NCBI RefSeq assembly: GCF_036323395.1
Contig: NZ_AP028907.1
Coordinates: 1,680,001 to 1,712,000 of the forward strand
Source of the DNA: Pyrodictium abyssi
GTDB lineage: Archaea > Thermoproteota > Thermoprotei_A > Sulfolobales > Pyrodictiaceae
Direction: 5' to 3'
Length of the DNA: 32,000 nt
Positions within the stretch are counted from its first letter, which is position 1. Each line of letters begins with the position of its first letter. A model generated the notes under the pieces. That model was not told the DNA's origin and ran no database searches. It saw only the letters and a program-made list of their open reading frames with translations. Position numbers and translations under genes: made by a program. Below are positions 24,062-32,000 of the stretch, one piece after another.

Positions 24062-24685
24062 CTAGCGCTGGGCTAGTCTTCGGGCGTGCCGCTTCAGCGT
24101 CTCTAGGGCCTCGCGTAGGGTCTCCAGGCTAGGGGCCAGGGACACGTGGAGTGCGCGGCGGCGGTCGTCCAGGGTTACGCGGCGGAGGTCCACGCCGCGG
24201 GCTAGTAGCTCGTGGGCCAGCCTCTCGGCCTTCGATAGGGCCTCCTCGCCGCTGTAGAGCGCTGCGTAGGCGCGGCCCGCTATCACCACCTGCCTCTCGC
24301 GCAGCCGGGCCCGGGCCTCGGCAGTGTCGCGCTCTACTAGCCGGCGGACAGCGCGGTCCCCTGGGTCGTAGATGTGGGCCTCGCCGGGGAGCGGTGCTGT
24401 GAGCCTCAGGGTGACCTCTAGGCGGTCTCGGCGCCGCTGGAGCAGTATGACCGGTAGGTAGAACAGTATGTGGCCGGGCGGCATCGTGTAGAGTATCCAT
24501 GCACGGGTCGCCCAGGGCTGGTCCAGCTTGTACACGGCGCGGAAGCCTACCAGGTAGCCGAGGAGCGTGTACTCCTTGTCGCGGGGCCTAAGCGTGTCCT
24601 CGAGTAGGCCTACCACAGCCCTCATACGCATTATCATCGTGCGGCGTATCTGGAAGAACCAGACCACCGAGGCCATAGAGGCCAC
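24062..24685 (-). CDS. Hypothetical protein with hydrophobic N-terminal half
   Basis: 207-aa ORF; PPGHILFYLPVILLQRRRDRLEVTLRLTAPL; open frame with hydrophobic ALALEGLLGLAFYALLVAS continues upstream of the called start, so the true start is uncertain. Confidence 0.6.
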   Translation of the reverse strand: MASMASVVWFFQIRRTMIMRMRAVVGLLEDTLRPRDKEYTLLGYLVGFRAVYKLDQPWATRAWILYTMPPGHILFYLPVILLQRRRDRLEVTLRLTAPLPGEAHIYDPGDRAVRRLVERDTAEARARLRERQVVIAGRAYAALYSGEEALSKAERLAHELLARGVDLRRVTLDDRRRALHVSLAPSLETLREALETLKRHARRLAQR

Positions 24686-24906
24686 GAGCAGTGCGTAGAA
24701 CGCTAGGCCCAGCAGCCCTTCTAGGGCCAGCGCGCCTCCCCTCCACCGGCCGTCATGCCCACGTGTCTCCCCGCTGTGAACCCGTCAACAAGGCCCCGTG
24801 GTCTCGGGCCACGTCCCGGGTTTTAAGCCGTGGGGCCTGGTGCCACGGGGGCGCCAGGCTTACCGCTCTACCCGGGGCTGTAAGTGAGACAGTGGCGCTG
24901 AGAGCC

Positions 24907-25566
24907 ATGGCCAGGGTAGAGGACTTCGCAAAGGCTTGGAGCCCTCAGCCCAGGGGCCCCAACGTAATCGAGAAGATACGCAACACGATAAACCCTCCAC
25001 CGCCACTACGCCACAAGCTCGCTATGGCGCTTTACAAGCTGCGCGTCCAGAACAACAAGCTAGAGTACATAATAGCTAAGATGAAGGAGCGCGACCAGGC
25101 GCTCTTCGAGAAGGTCGTGCAGGCGCAGATGGAGAAGGACACCACTAGGGCCGCTATGTACGCCGCTGAGGTGGCTGAGCTAAGGAAGATGATAAAGAGC
25201 CTACTGACAGCCAAGTACGCGATAGAGAGGGTAGCGCTACGCCTAGAGACCGTGATGACCATGGGCGACGTGCTGGTAGGCCTAGCCCCCGTGGTAGGCG
25301 TGATCAAGGACCTACGCCGCTACCTAACCGGCCTAGTACCCGAGATAGGCATAGAGATGGCCGAGATAGGCGAGATGCTAGAAGCCGTGGTGACAGAGGC
25401 CGGCGAGTTCACAACGTTCATGAGCGCCCCGACAGTCTACAACGAGGAGGCCAGGAAGATAATGGAGGAGGCCGCCGCAGTCGCAGAGCAGCGCATGAAG
25501 GCCGAGTTCCCAGAGCTACCAAGCGCCTTCCCGAGCCCCACAGCCGGCCAGCAGGAGAACAAGTAA
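24907..25566 (+). CDS. ESCRT-III-like (Snf7/CdvB-family) cell division or membrane remodelling protein
   Basis: RHKLAMALYKLRVQNNKLEYIIAKMKERDQALFEKVVQAQMEKDTTRAAMYAAEVAELRKMIKSLLTAKYAIERVALRLETVMTMGDV matches crenarchaeal CdvB paralogues; ORF open from 24691 but family-like sequence starts at ATG 24907. Confidence 0.85.
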   Translation: MARVEDFAKAWSPQPRGPNVIEKIRNTINPPPPLRHKLAMALYKLRVQNNKLEYIIAKMKERDQALFEKVVQAQMEKDTTRAAMYAAEVAELRKMIKSLLTAKYAIERVALRLETVMTMGDVLVGLAPVVGVIKDLRRYLTGLVPEIGIEMAEIGEMLEAVVTEAGEFTTFMSAPTVYNEEARKIMEEAAAVAEQRMKAEFPELPSAFPSPTAGQQENK

Positions 25567-25715
25567 CACCACACCCTATCTTTCTCCGTGGGCCCTGGGC
25601 TCGGACGCGCTGGGCCCACTTTTTGCAGCCACCATAGAGGCCTCTCGCCTCCTGCTTCTCGTGCCGTATTGCACGTGGCTCTTGTCCTCTTAGGGCTAAG
25701 ACCCTGCCCTTGTGC

Positions 25716-26705
25716 CTAGGACTCGCTGCAGCCGTGGCGCACCTTTACGATGTACCCGCCTAGCTGCTTTACGTCCTCGAAGCTGCTGGGCGGGCGCCCC
25801 ATATGGGCTATGACTGAGAGGCTGGGCGGCGGGCTGAGCTTGCACCGGGTTTCCTCTAGCCTCGCTAGGCTCTGCTTCTCTATCCCGGTGAGGCCCAGGG
25901 CTTCCGCGCGCTCGCCGAGCACCCTGTTAGCTACTATCATCTTCAGCGCTATCTCGTGGCCGCGTAGCCTCTCCGCTATTACTCCGACCTCGTAGACGGG
26001 TAGCGGCTCCGGGGTAGCCACGGCTACGACACTGGTCCGCCTGGGGTCGGCTATCTCGGCCTGGAGCCTGCTGTAGCGGTCCCGTAGCTCGCCGAGCTTG
26101 CGGAGCACGGGGTCGTCGGCCTCGGGGCGGCGGCCGAGCGCGTTAGCGATGGCGTACTTGACTGCGACTATCCTCTCGCGTAGCTCCCGGAGCCTCTCCA
26201 CCCAGAAGAGGTGGAGCCTGGGCAGCGAGACCACGCGCAGCGCTATACCCGTAGGCGGCATGTCCACTACCACGACGTCTACGTCGCGGCGCTCGTAGAG
26301 CCCCGAGAGTATCCGGAGGAACACCTCCTCCTCGAAGCCCGGCGCCTCGCGTATAACCTCGACCGCTTTCTCGAGGCTGAGCGCTTGTAGTCCCGGCATG
26401 AGCCGGCGCAGTAGGAGCGAGTACTCCTCGGCAACCCGGCGGGCTAGGCCCTCCACCTCGTACTGCACCGCCCTTATCCCGGGCGCTGCCTCGACCTCCC
26501 GTAGCGGCCCGGGGAGCCCGAGGTACTCTAGCAGGTGGCCAGCAGGGTCCAGGCTCGCGACCAGGACACGGAGGCCCTCGCTGGCAAGCTCGTAGGCGAG
26601 GCGGAGGCCCACCGTGGTCTTCCCGACACCGCCCTTACCCATCACCATCACTACGTGGGGGCGCCGCCACGAGCCCGTATCTAGGCCGTCTATGAGCCTC
26701 GGCAA
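25716..26705 (-). CDS. ArsA/Get3 (TRC40)-like ATPase
   Basis: VMVMGKGGVGKTTVGLRLAYELASEGLRVLVASLDPAGHL; VVVDMPPTGIALRVVSLP; MIVANRVL. Confidence 0.88.
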   Translation of the reverse strand: MPRLIDGLDTGSWRRPHVVMVMGKGGVGKTTVGLRLAYELASEGLRVLVASLDPAGHLLEYLGLPGPLREVEAAPGIRAVQYEVEGLARRVAEEYSLLLRRLMPGLQALSLEKAVEVIREAPGFEEEVFLRILSGLYERRDVDVVVVDMPPTGIALRVVSLPRLHLFWVERLRELRERIVAVKYAIANALGRRPEADDPVLRKLGELRDRYSRLQAEIADPRRTSVVAVATPEPLPVYEVGVIAERLRGHEIALKMIVANRVLGERAEALGLTGIEKQSLARLEETRCKLSPPPSLSVIAHMGRPPSSFEDVKQLGGYIVKVRHGCSES

Positions 26706-26711
26706 CGCTCT

Positions 26712-27005
26712 CTACCACTCCCCGCCCATCCTGCTGAAGAGGTCTGCTATCACGTCCGAACCGCGCCAGGTCCTCTCGAAGAGTATCCGTGCCTCGTCCT
26801 CGAGCAGGGGTGCGAGATCCGCTGCCACGCCCAGGGGCGCGAGGGGTAGGCCGACGAGCCCGCCGAGCACTAGGCTGAGGAAGGCGTGCTCTAGCTCGAT
26901 GAGCTCCAGCTCTAGGGCCTCAACGCTCTGCTGTATCAGCGCCCCGTGCATCCCAGCCAGGAACGCCCTGGCCTCGTCTAGTAGCCGGCGGAGGGGATGC
27001 AGCAT
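26712..27005 (-). CDS. Small conserved-looking helical protein co-oriented with the ArsA/Get3-like gene
   Basis: 97-aa ORF ending 6 nt before the ATPase start; coherent helical composition EALELELIELEHAFLSLVLGGLVGLPLAPLG. Confidence 0.6.
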   Translation of the reverse strand: MLHPLRRLLDEARAFLAGMHGALIQQSVEALELELIELEHAFLSLVLGGLVGLPLAPLGVAADLAPLLEDEARILFERTWRGSDVIADLFSRMGGEW

Positions 27006-27150
27006 AGCCCGTACAGCCCCGTCTAGATCTCGGCGTCCCTTTGCCCGAGAGGAGCTGGTGTTCGGGCGAGGGAAAAACAGTGGGAGGGGTAGAAGAGGGG
27101 AGCGGCTGGCCGGACTGGCTGCTGTTTACTCCGCGCTGGGTCCCCGGGCG

Positions 27151-28950
27151 TTAGCGTGCTACTGTCTTCGCTGCCTCAGCCTCCTTGGCCTTCTTTATGC
27201 CGGTCACGTAGAGGTATATCAGCAGGAAGTCGACCGCTAGGGACACTAGTACTATCGAGCCAGCGCCTATCTTCTGTATGGTCGGGTAGGTCGGCAGCAC
27301 CTTCACGGTCCACCAGATGAGGCCAACAGTCACTGTTATCCATAGGAACCACGCTGGTATCTGTATTAGCAGGCTAGTGGTGCCGCGTACTCTCAGCACC
27401 GCGTATACCCATAGCGCGCTAGTTAGCAGCGCTAGCGCTGCTAGCAGCTGGTTAGTGCCAGCGAAGGCCGGCCACACGATGTTGAAGGCGGCGACAGACT
27501 TGCCGTTTATCACTACGTTGGGGTAGCCTAGGGCTAAGCCTAGCAGCACCGCTATACCGCCGGCTACGAACCTGTTGGCTACCAGCCTGTAGGCGGATGG
27601 GTTCCTATCTGCGAGCCAGTCGAACATCTCCTGCCACGCGAACCTGGCCAGCCTGGTCGCGGAGTCTAGCGTCGTCAGCACGAAGGTAGCGAGTGCTATG
27701 CCGGCGAACTTGGCCATGAACACTGCTACTGCCTCGCTGCCACCGAGCGCCTGGCCCACGGTGAAGCCGTAGCCTAGTGTGAAGCGCTGTATCTTGTTGA
27801 GCGCTAGTATGCCCTTCTCCTGGTACGCCGCCACAACCTCGGGGCTCATGCCCATGGCGTTCAGGAAGCCCGTGAACTCGGGGTGCTGCCAGGCGTAGGC
27901 TATCGGTATTATCACCGCTAGGCTGGCGACTGCGCCCTCGGTTAGCATGCCGCCGTAGCCTATCAGTAGGGCGTCTAGCTCGTTGGCTAGCTGCTTGCTA
28001 GTGGTGCCGCTCGCCACTACGCTGTGGAAGCCGCTGAGAGAGCCGCAGGCTATTATGAGGGGTATTGCTGGCCAGAAGGGCGTCTCTACGCCGCCTAGTA
28101 TCTTCGGGGCGAAGCTGGTGTATGCTGGCCCGGTTAGGCCCTCGCCTGCTATGCCGAGCGAGCCTATGATGGCTAGGGCTACGAAGCCCCATAGCAGGTA
28201 CGCGTTGAGGTAGTCGCGTGGCTGTAGCAGGTACCATACCGGGAGGATGCTGGCTATGAAGCTGTAGAGTGCTAGCAGTAGCATCCACGTGTGGTAGGCG
28301 TCGCCGGGTAGTAGGAACGGGTACTTGACTGCGAACGCTATGCCCGCTAGCAGCAGCACTATGGCTGTCAGGGTGCTGGCTGCTGGGCCTAGCCTGGTAC
28401 GGTATAGTAGGAAGCCTAGCAGCACGGCTATGGGCATGTAGATCATCGCCTTGGAGGCTGCTGAGGGCTGTACGGCGAACAGCTTGGCGTTGACGCTGAA
28501 GAAGGCTGCTAGTACTAGTATCAGCGCCGAGTAGACGTATAGCAGGAATATGTACTTCGCCTTACGGCCCATCACGTTCTCTGAGACGGTCATTATCGAG
28601 ACTCCGCCGTGCCTTACGCTCGCCATTAGCGCGAGGTAGTCGTGCACAGCGCCTATGAACACGTTGCCGAATATCACCCATAGTATGGGTAGTGCCCAGC
28701 CATACGCCATCGCTATAGCTGGGCCGACTATGGGCCCTGCGCCAGCGATGCTGGCGAAGTGGTGGCCGTAGAGCACGTACTTGTTGGCGGGCACGTAGTC
28801 TACGCCGTCGAACCTAGTGTGTGCTGGCGTCTTGCGCTCGGCGGAGGCCTGTACGACCCTCTTCTCGAGTATGTGGCGGCCGTAGAACACGTAGGCGGCC
28901 GCGTAGACCACGAGGATGGCTAGTGCGACTAGGCCCGCGGGGACCGCCAC
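27151..28950 (-). CDS. cstA: Carbon starvation protein A family transporter
   Basis: RFDGVDYVPANKYVLYGHHFASIAGAGPIVGPAIAMAYGWALPILWV; VSGTTSKQL; VFMAKFAGIALATFVLTTLDSATRLARF. Confidence 0.93.
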   Translation of the reverse strand: MAVPAGLVALAILVVYAAAYVFYGRHILEKRVVQASAERKTPAHTRFDGVDYVPANKYVLYGHHFASIAGAGPIVGPAIAMAYGWALPILWVIFGNVFIGAVHDYLALMASVRHGGVSIMTVSENVMGRKAKYIFLLYVYSALILVLAAFFSVNAKLFAVQPSAASKAMIYMPIAVLLGFLLYRTRLGPAASTLTAIVLLLAGIAFAVKYPFLLPGDAYHTWMLLLALYSFIASILPVWYLLQPRDYLNAYLLWGFVALAIIGSLGIAGEGLTGPAYTSFAPKILGGVETPFWPAIPLIIACGSLSGFHSVVASGTTSKQLANELDALLIGYGGMLTEGAVASLAVIIPIAYAWQHPEFTGFLNAMGMSPEVVAAYQEKGILALNKIQRFTLGYGFTVGQALGGSEAVAVFMAKFAGIALATFVLTTLDSATRLARFAWQEMFDWLADRNPSAYRLVANRFVAGGIAVLLGLALGYPNVVINGKSVAAFNIVWPAFAGTNQLLAALALLTSALWVYAVLRVRGTTSLLIQIPAWFLWITVTVGLIWWTVKVLPTYPTIQKIGAGSIVLVSLAVDFLLIYLYVTGIKKAKEAEAAKTVAR

Positions 28951-28956
28951 GGCTTC

Positions 28957-29190
28957 TCACCTCCTGCTTGCGGCCGGCTTGACTGTGACCGGGGTTTCGC
29001 CGAAGGCGATAGCCGGGCCTATGAGGAGGAGGAACCAGCCTACGAGGATCGCTATAGCGTCGGGGGTCCATGCCTCCTTGGAGCCTATGTGTCCCTTTCC
29101 TAGCGCGGCTACCACAGCGTAGATGAAGAGCAGTACGCCGATTGCTGTTAGGGCGAGCCCTAGCGCGCGGTTCGCCAAGGTATATAACAC
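28957..29190 (-). CDS. Small two-TM membrane protein upstream of cstA
   Basis: 77-aa ORF, LGLALTAIGVLLFIYAVVAAL and AIAILVGWFLLLIGPAIAF; 6 nt from cstA. Confidence 0.6.
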   Translation of the reverse strand: MLYTLANRALGLALTAIGVLLFIYAVVAALGKGHIGSKEAWTPDAIAILVGWFLLLIGPAIAFGETPVTVKPAASRR

Positions 29191-29407
29191 CCCGTAGACC
29201 TCATATATCCTTCAATTCTCCGGGGCCCCGGTGGGGGAGTAAGACCACCCACGTAAGTTAAAAGCGTTTCTTATCACAATAATCATCTGTATGCAACTGT
29301 ACAGCCCGGGCACCATATAGCATATTGGGGACCGGTGTCACCCATCTTAACCCCCTACACGGGCTACACTAGCAGGCCCCAAGGAGCAGAGCGGGGATTG
29401 ACAAAAG

Positions 29408-30628
29408 GTGGGCCAGAACAGTTACGTCGTTAGGCTCCTCCAGCGCCTAGTAGCCATACCGACAGTCAACCCGCCGGGTGAGCACTACGCCGAGATAGCT
29501 GAGCTGCTCCGCGATGAGCTGGAGGCTCTGGGCCTCGAGACCCGCGTCATAAGGGTGCCCGACGAGGTAGTCGAGAAGTACTACCCGTGGGCCCGGGGCT
29601 ACCCCCGCTACATAGTAGTCGCGCGCCTGGGCGAGGAGCGGCCAGTACTCCACTTCAACGGCCACTACGACGTGGTGCCGCCGGGGCAGGGGTGGAGCCG
29701 GGACCCCTTCGACCCAGTAGTCGAAGACGGCAAGCTGTACGGGCGCGGAGCCTCGGACATGAAGGGCGGGATAGCCGCTGTGATAGCGGCCGTCCGGAGC
29801 CTCGTGGAGGAGGGCTGGCGGCCCCGCCAGGGCAGCCTAGAGCTGAGCTTCACCCCCGACGAGGAGACGGGGGGCGAGACCGGCGTAGCCTACATGCTTG
29901 AGGAGGGCATAGCGCTCCCGGACTACGCTGTGGTAGCCGAGCCCAGCACGACTAGCAAGATATGGATTGGCAGCCGGGGCGCCGTGTGGATGAACGTCCA
30001 CGTCTACGGCCGGCAGGCCCACGGCTCAGCGCCCTGGCTCGGCCTCAACGCCTTCGAGGCAATGGTTGAGATAGCGCACCGGCTCATACACGGCTACAAG
30101 CCGAGGCTAGCCGAGCGGAGAACAGACCTGCCCATGGACGACCCCCGGGCGGTGAGCCCCACAGTCACCATAGGCGGCGAGGTAGAGGGGGGCGCCAAGA
30201 CCAACGTGGTGCCGGGCTACTACCGGTTCAGTATAGACCGCCGGCTCATACCCGGAGAGGACCCGGACCAGGTCGAGGAAGAGCTACGTAGCTTCATAAT
30301 GGAGGTGGCAAAGGACCTCCAGGAGAGAGGCTACCGTGTAGAAGTGGAGACAACAGGGAAGGCGCCCGCCACCTGGATCCCGCCAGACCACCCCTTCGTC
30401 GACACCGTGGCCGAGGCTGCTCGCGAAGCCACCGGGGTGGATCCCGCCAGGACCATCTGTGTCGGCGGCCTCGACACCAGGTACTTCCAGCAGCGCGGCA
30501 TCCCAGCAGTCACATACGGGCCCGGCGCGCTCGAAGCCGCCCATATGCCGGACGAGTACATCCCCATAGACGAGCTGGAGAGGGCTGTAAAGGCCTACAG
30601 GATACTGGTACGCAGAGTGCTAGGCTAG
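29408..30628 (+). CDS. M20-family peptidase/deacylase (ArgE/DapE/ACY1 family)
   Basis: VLHFNGHYDVVPPGQGW, YGRGASDMKGGIAAVIAAV, SFTPDEETGGETG, WMNVHVYGRQAHGSAPWLGLNAFE. Confidence 0.92.
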   Translation: MGQNSYVVRLLQRLVAIPTVNPPGEHYAEIAELLRDELEALGLETRVIRVPDEVVEKYYPWARGYPRYIVVARLGEERPVLHFNGHYDVVPPGQGWSRDPFDPVVEDGKLYGRGASDMKGGIAAVIAAVRSLVEEGWRPRQGSLELSFTPDEETGGETGVAYMLEEGIALPDYAVVAEPSTTSKIWIGSRGAVWMNVHVYGRQAHGSAPWLGLNAFEAMVEIAHRLIHGYKPRLAERRTDLPMDDPRAVSPTVTIGGEVEGGAKTNVVPGYYRFSIDRRLIPGEDPDQVEEELRSFIMEVAKDLQERGYRVEVETTGKAPATWIPPDHPFVDTVAEAAREATGVDPARTICVGGLDTRYFQQRGIPAVTYGPGALEAAHMPDEYIPIDELERAVKAYRILVRRVLG

Positions 30629-30751
30629 GGTCTAGAAGAGGTAGACCAGCCCTATAGCCGTCGAGTACGGTGGCCTCAGGAAGCGGACGGGTTAGCGGCG
30701 AAAAAGGATGGGCTCAGGCAGCCCCTACGTGTGGGGCTCTTCACGGCCTCG

Positions 30752-32000
30752 CTAGTGCTCTATACGCTTCTTCATGCCCCATGGCCACCAGGCGTGTCTG
30801 CCTAGTATCGAGACTACTAGTGGTGTCAGCAGGTATGCGGACATCAAGCCTGCAAGCAGCACTGTCGCTGCTAGCGTGAAGCCCATCTCCTGCATACCGA
30901 TATTGCTGGCCGTGAGCATTGAGGCGTAAGCGCTGGTTACTACGAGCGATAGCCCTACTATGAAGAGGCTTACCGCGCCAGCGGCCCTAGCTACTGCTTT
31001 CTTAGGGTCGCAGCCCGTGCGGTGGCACTCTTCTAGCGCTCTCGCTAGGAAGAAGCTGTTATAGTCCATACCGACTCCTAGCACCGCCATCATGGAGACT
31101 ATGTGGAGGAACCATACCACCTGCTTGCCCATAGCCTCCTGGAATACCAGTATGCTCGCCGTTATACCCATCATGGCCGCGCCCATTATAACCGCTAGCG
31201 CCGCTATGCTCGCGACTAAACTGCCGAATATCGCGGTGAATACCAGCACCATTAGCAGGCTCGCCGCCGGGAGGATGCGGTAGTAGTAGCGCTGGTGGAG
31301 CAGCTCGTCCATCTCTAGCACTCCGTAGGGCGCGCCGCCCACGTATACCTCGAAGCCGTGTTGCTCTGCATAGTTGTGGGCTATTCGGTGTATCTCCCTG
31401 ATAGCGTCTTCTCCCTCGCGGCTGTAGGGGTCTACGCCGAGCAGCACTTGGATGACTGCTATTCTCCCGTCCTCGCTGGTTAGCCGGGTGCCTCCGGCCT
31501 TCCTGGCCTCCTCTAGGCCCGTCTTGGCGCCGGTAGGCCTCGTAGGCGCCATCACCTTTGCTACTCCCGGCACCGAGGCTATCTCCTCGGTTAGCTCGTC
31601 GACCATGGCTGCTACCGTCTTATCGCTCCAGAGGCTGCGGGGTAGCACCGCCACGACGTAGACGGGGTCTGAGGCGCCTGGCATGAACTCCTTCTTGAGG
31701 ACATCGAAGGCTTCTAGCGCGGGGGCGTCGCTCGGGAGCATCAGCTTCATGTCGTGGCTGCCCTTGAAGTTCACGTAGAAGTAGCCAGATACCAGTATCA
31801 GGGCAGCCATAGCCGCTAGCAGCGGCACCTCATAGCGCAGCAGCGCCTTCATCACCCGGCTCTCCCGGTCCACATGCCTCTCCTTGCTCGGCCTCCTCGG
31901 CCACCAGAACCAGCTGCGGCCGCCCACGAGCGCTAGCAGTGCTGGCACGAGGGTGAGGCTCGCGAACGCCGTGGCTGCTACTGTTATCGGTATAGCCTCG
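30752..32000 (-). CDS. MMPL/RND-family membrane transporter, C-terminal part (5' end outside window)
   Basis: ASIAALAVIMGAAMMGITASILVF, VLGVGMDYNSFFLARALEE; the same frame stays open to the window end with EAIPITVAATAFASLTLVPALLALVG, so the listed start at 31948 is internal. Confidence 0.85.
   Translation of the reverse strand, partial: EAIPITVAATAFASLTLVPALLALVGGRSWFWWPRRPSKERHVDRESRVMKALLRYEVPLLAAMAALILVSGYFYVNFKGSHDMKLMLPSDAPALEAFDVLKKEFMPGASDPVYVVAVLPRSLWSDKTVAAMVDELTEEIASVPGVAKVMAPTRPTGAKTGLEEARKAGGTRLTSEDGRIAVIQVLLGVDPYSREGEDAIREIHRIAHNYAEQHGFEVYVGGAPYGVLEMDELLHQRYYYRILPAASLLMVLVFTAIFGSLVASIAALAVIMGAAMMGITASILVFQEAMGKQVVWFLHIVSMMAVLGVGMDYNSFFLARALEECHRTGCDPKKAVARAAGAVSLFIVGLSLVVTSAYASMLTASNIGMQEMGFTLAATVLLAGLMSAYLLTPLVVSILGRHAWWPWGMKKRIEH

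Noticed and set aside
24691-24906. 72-residue N-terminal extension of the ESCRT-III-like ORF
   Set aside because: The sequence is P/R-rich and unlike CdvB N-termini, which typically begin near the ATG at 24907.
30752-31948. Treating the MMPL ORF as a truncated or degraded gene because it starts internally
   Set aside because: The frame remains open to the window end with matching sequence (TAFASLTLVPALLALVG), so truncation is due to the window edge.
1-32000. CRISPR arrays, rRNA genes, tRNAs, transposases and integrases
   Set aside because: No regularly spaced direct repeats, no rRNA-like sequence, no convincing T-arm/acceptor combination (including a check of GTTCGCT-like motifs near 13130 on the minus strand) and no mobile-element proteins were recognised. 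A tRNAscan-SE run would be decisive for intron-containing tRNAs.

Overview
High-GC, gene-dense archaeal chromosomal window. Protein content suggests a hyperthermophilic crenarchaeon (inferred from an ESCRT-III/CdvB-like protein, archaeal-type signal peptidase, A/T-rich TATA-like boxes and very short leaders); species not determined. Supported content: a PadR regulator with a CPBP membrane protease; YbjQ-like and UspA proteins; a DHH phosphoesterase; a PfpI/DJ-1 protein; a complete carbohydrate-type ABC transporter operon; threonine synthase; a TrmI-like tRNA m1A methyltransferase; an M48 metalloprotease; an endonuclease IV-like protein; MgtE with an N-terminal ACT-like domain; UMP kinase; a sugar-phosphate nucleotidylyltransferase; a nucleotidyltransferase-type toxin/antitoxin-like pair; an ESCRT-III-like protein; an ArsA/Get3-like ATPase; CstA; an M20 peptidase; and an MMPL/RND transporter cut by the right edge. 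The strongest candidate for an interesting system is at about 19.57-21.59 kb. There, a small secreted protein with a SipW-cognate/TasA-like signal region and beta-sandwich-like sequence is followed by an ER/archaeal-type signal peptidase fused to a large multi-TM domain. This could be a dedicated extracellular filament or matrix export module. Also notable: ACT-MgtE architecture, three convergent gene pairs whose TAG stops share one palindromic CTAG, a repeat-flanked nucleotidyltransferase pair, and a possible structured RNA region at 13.05-13.34 kb. No CRISPR array, rRNA, recognisable tRNA or transposase was seen.
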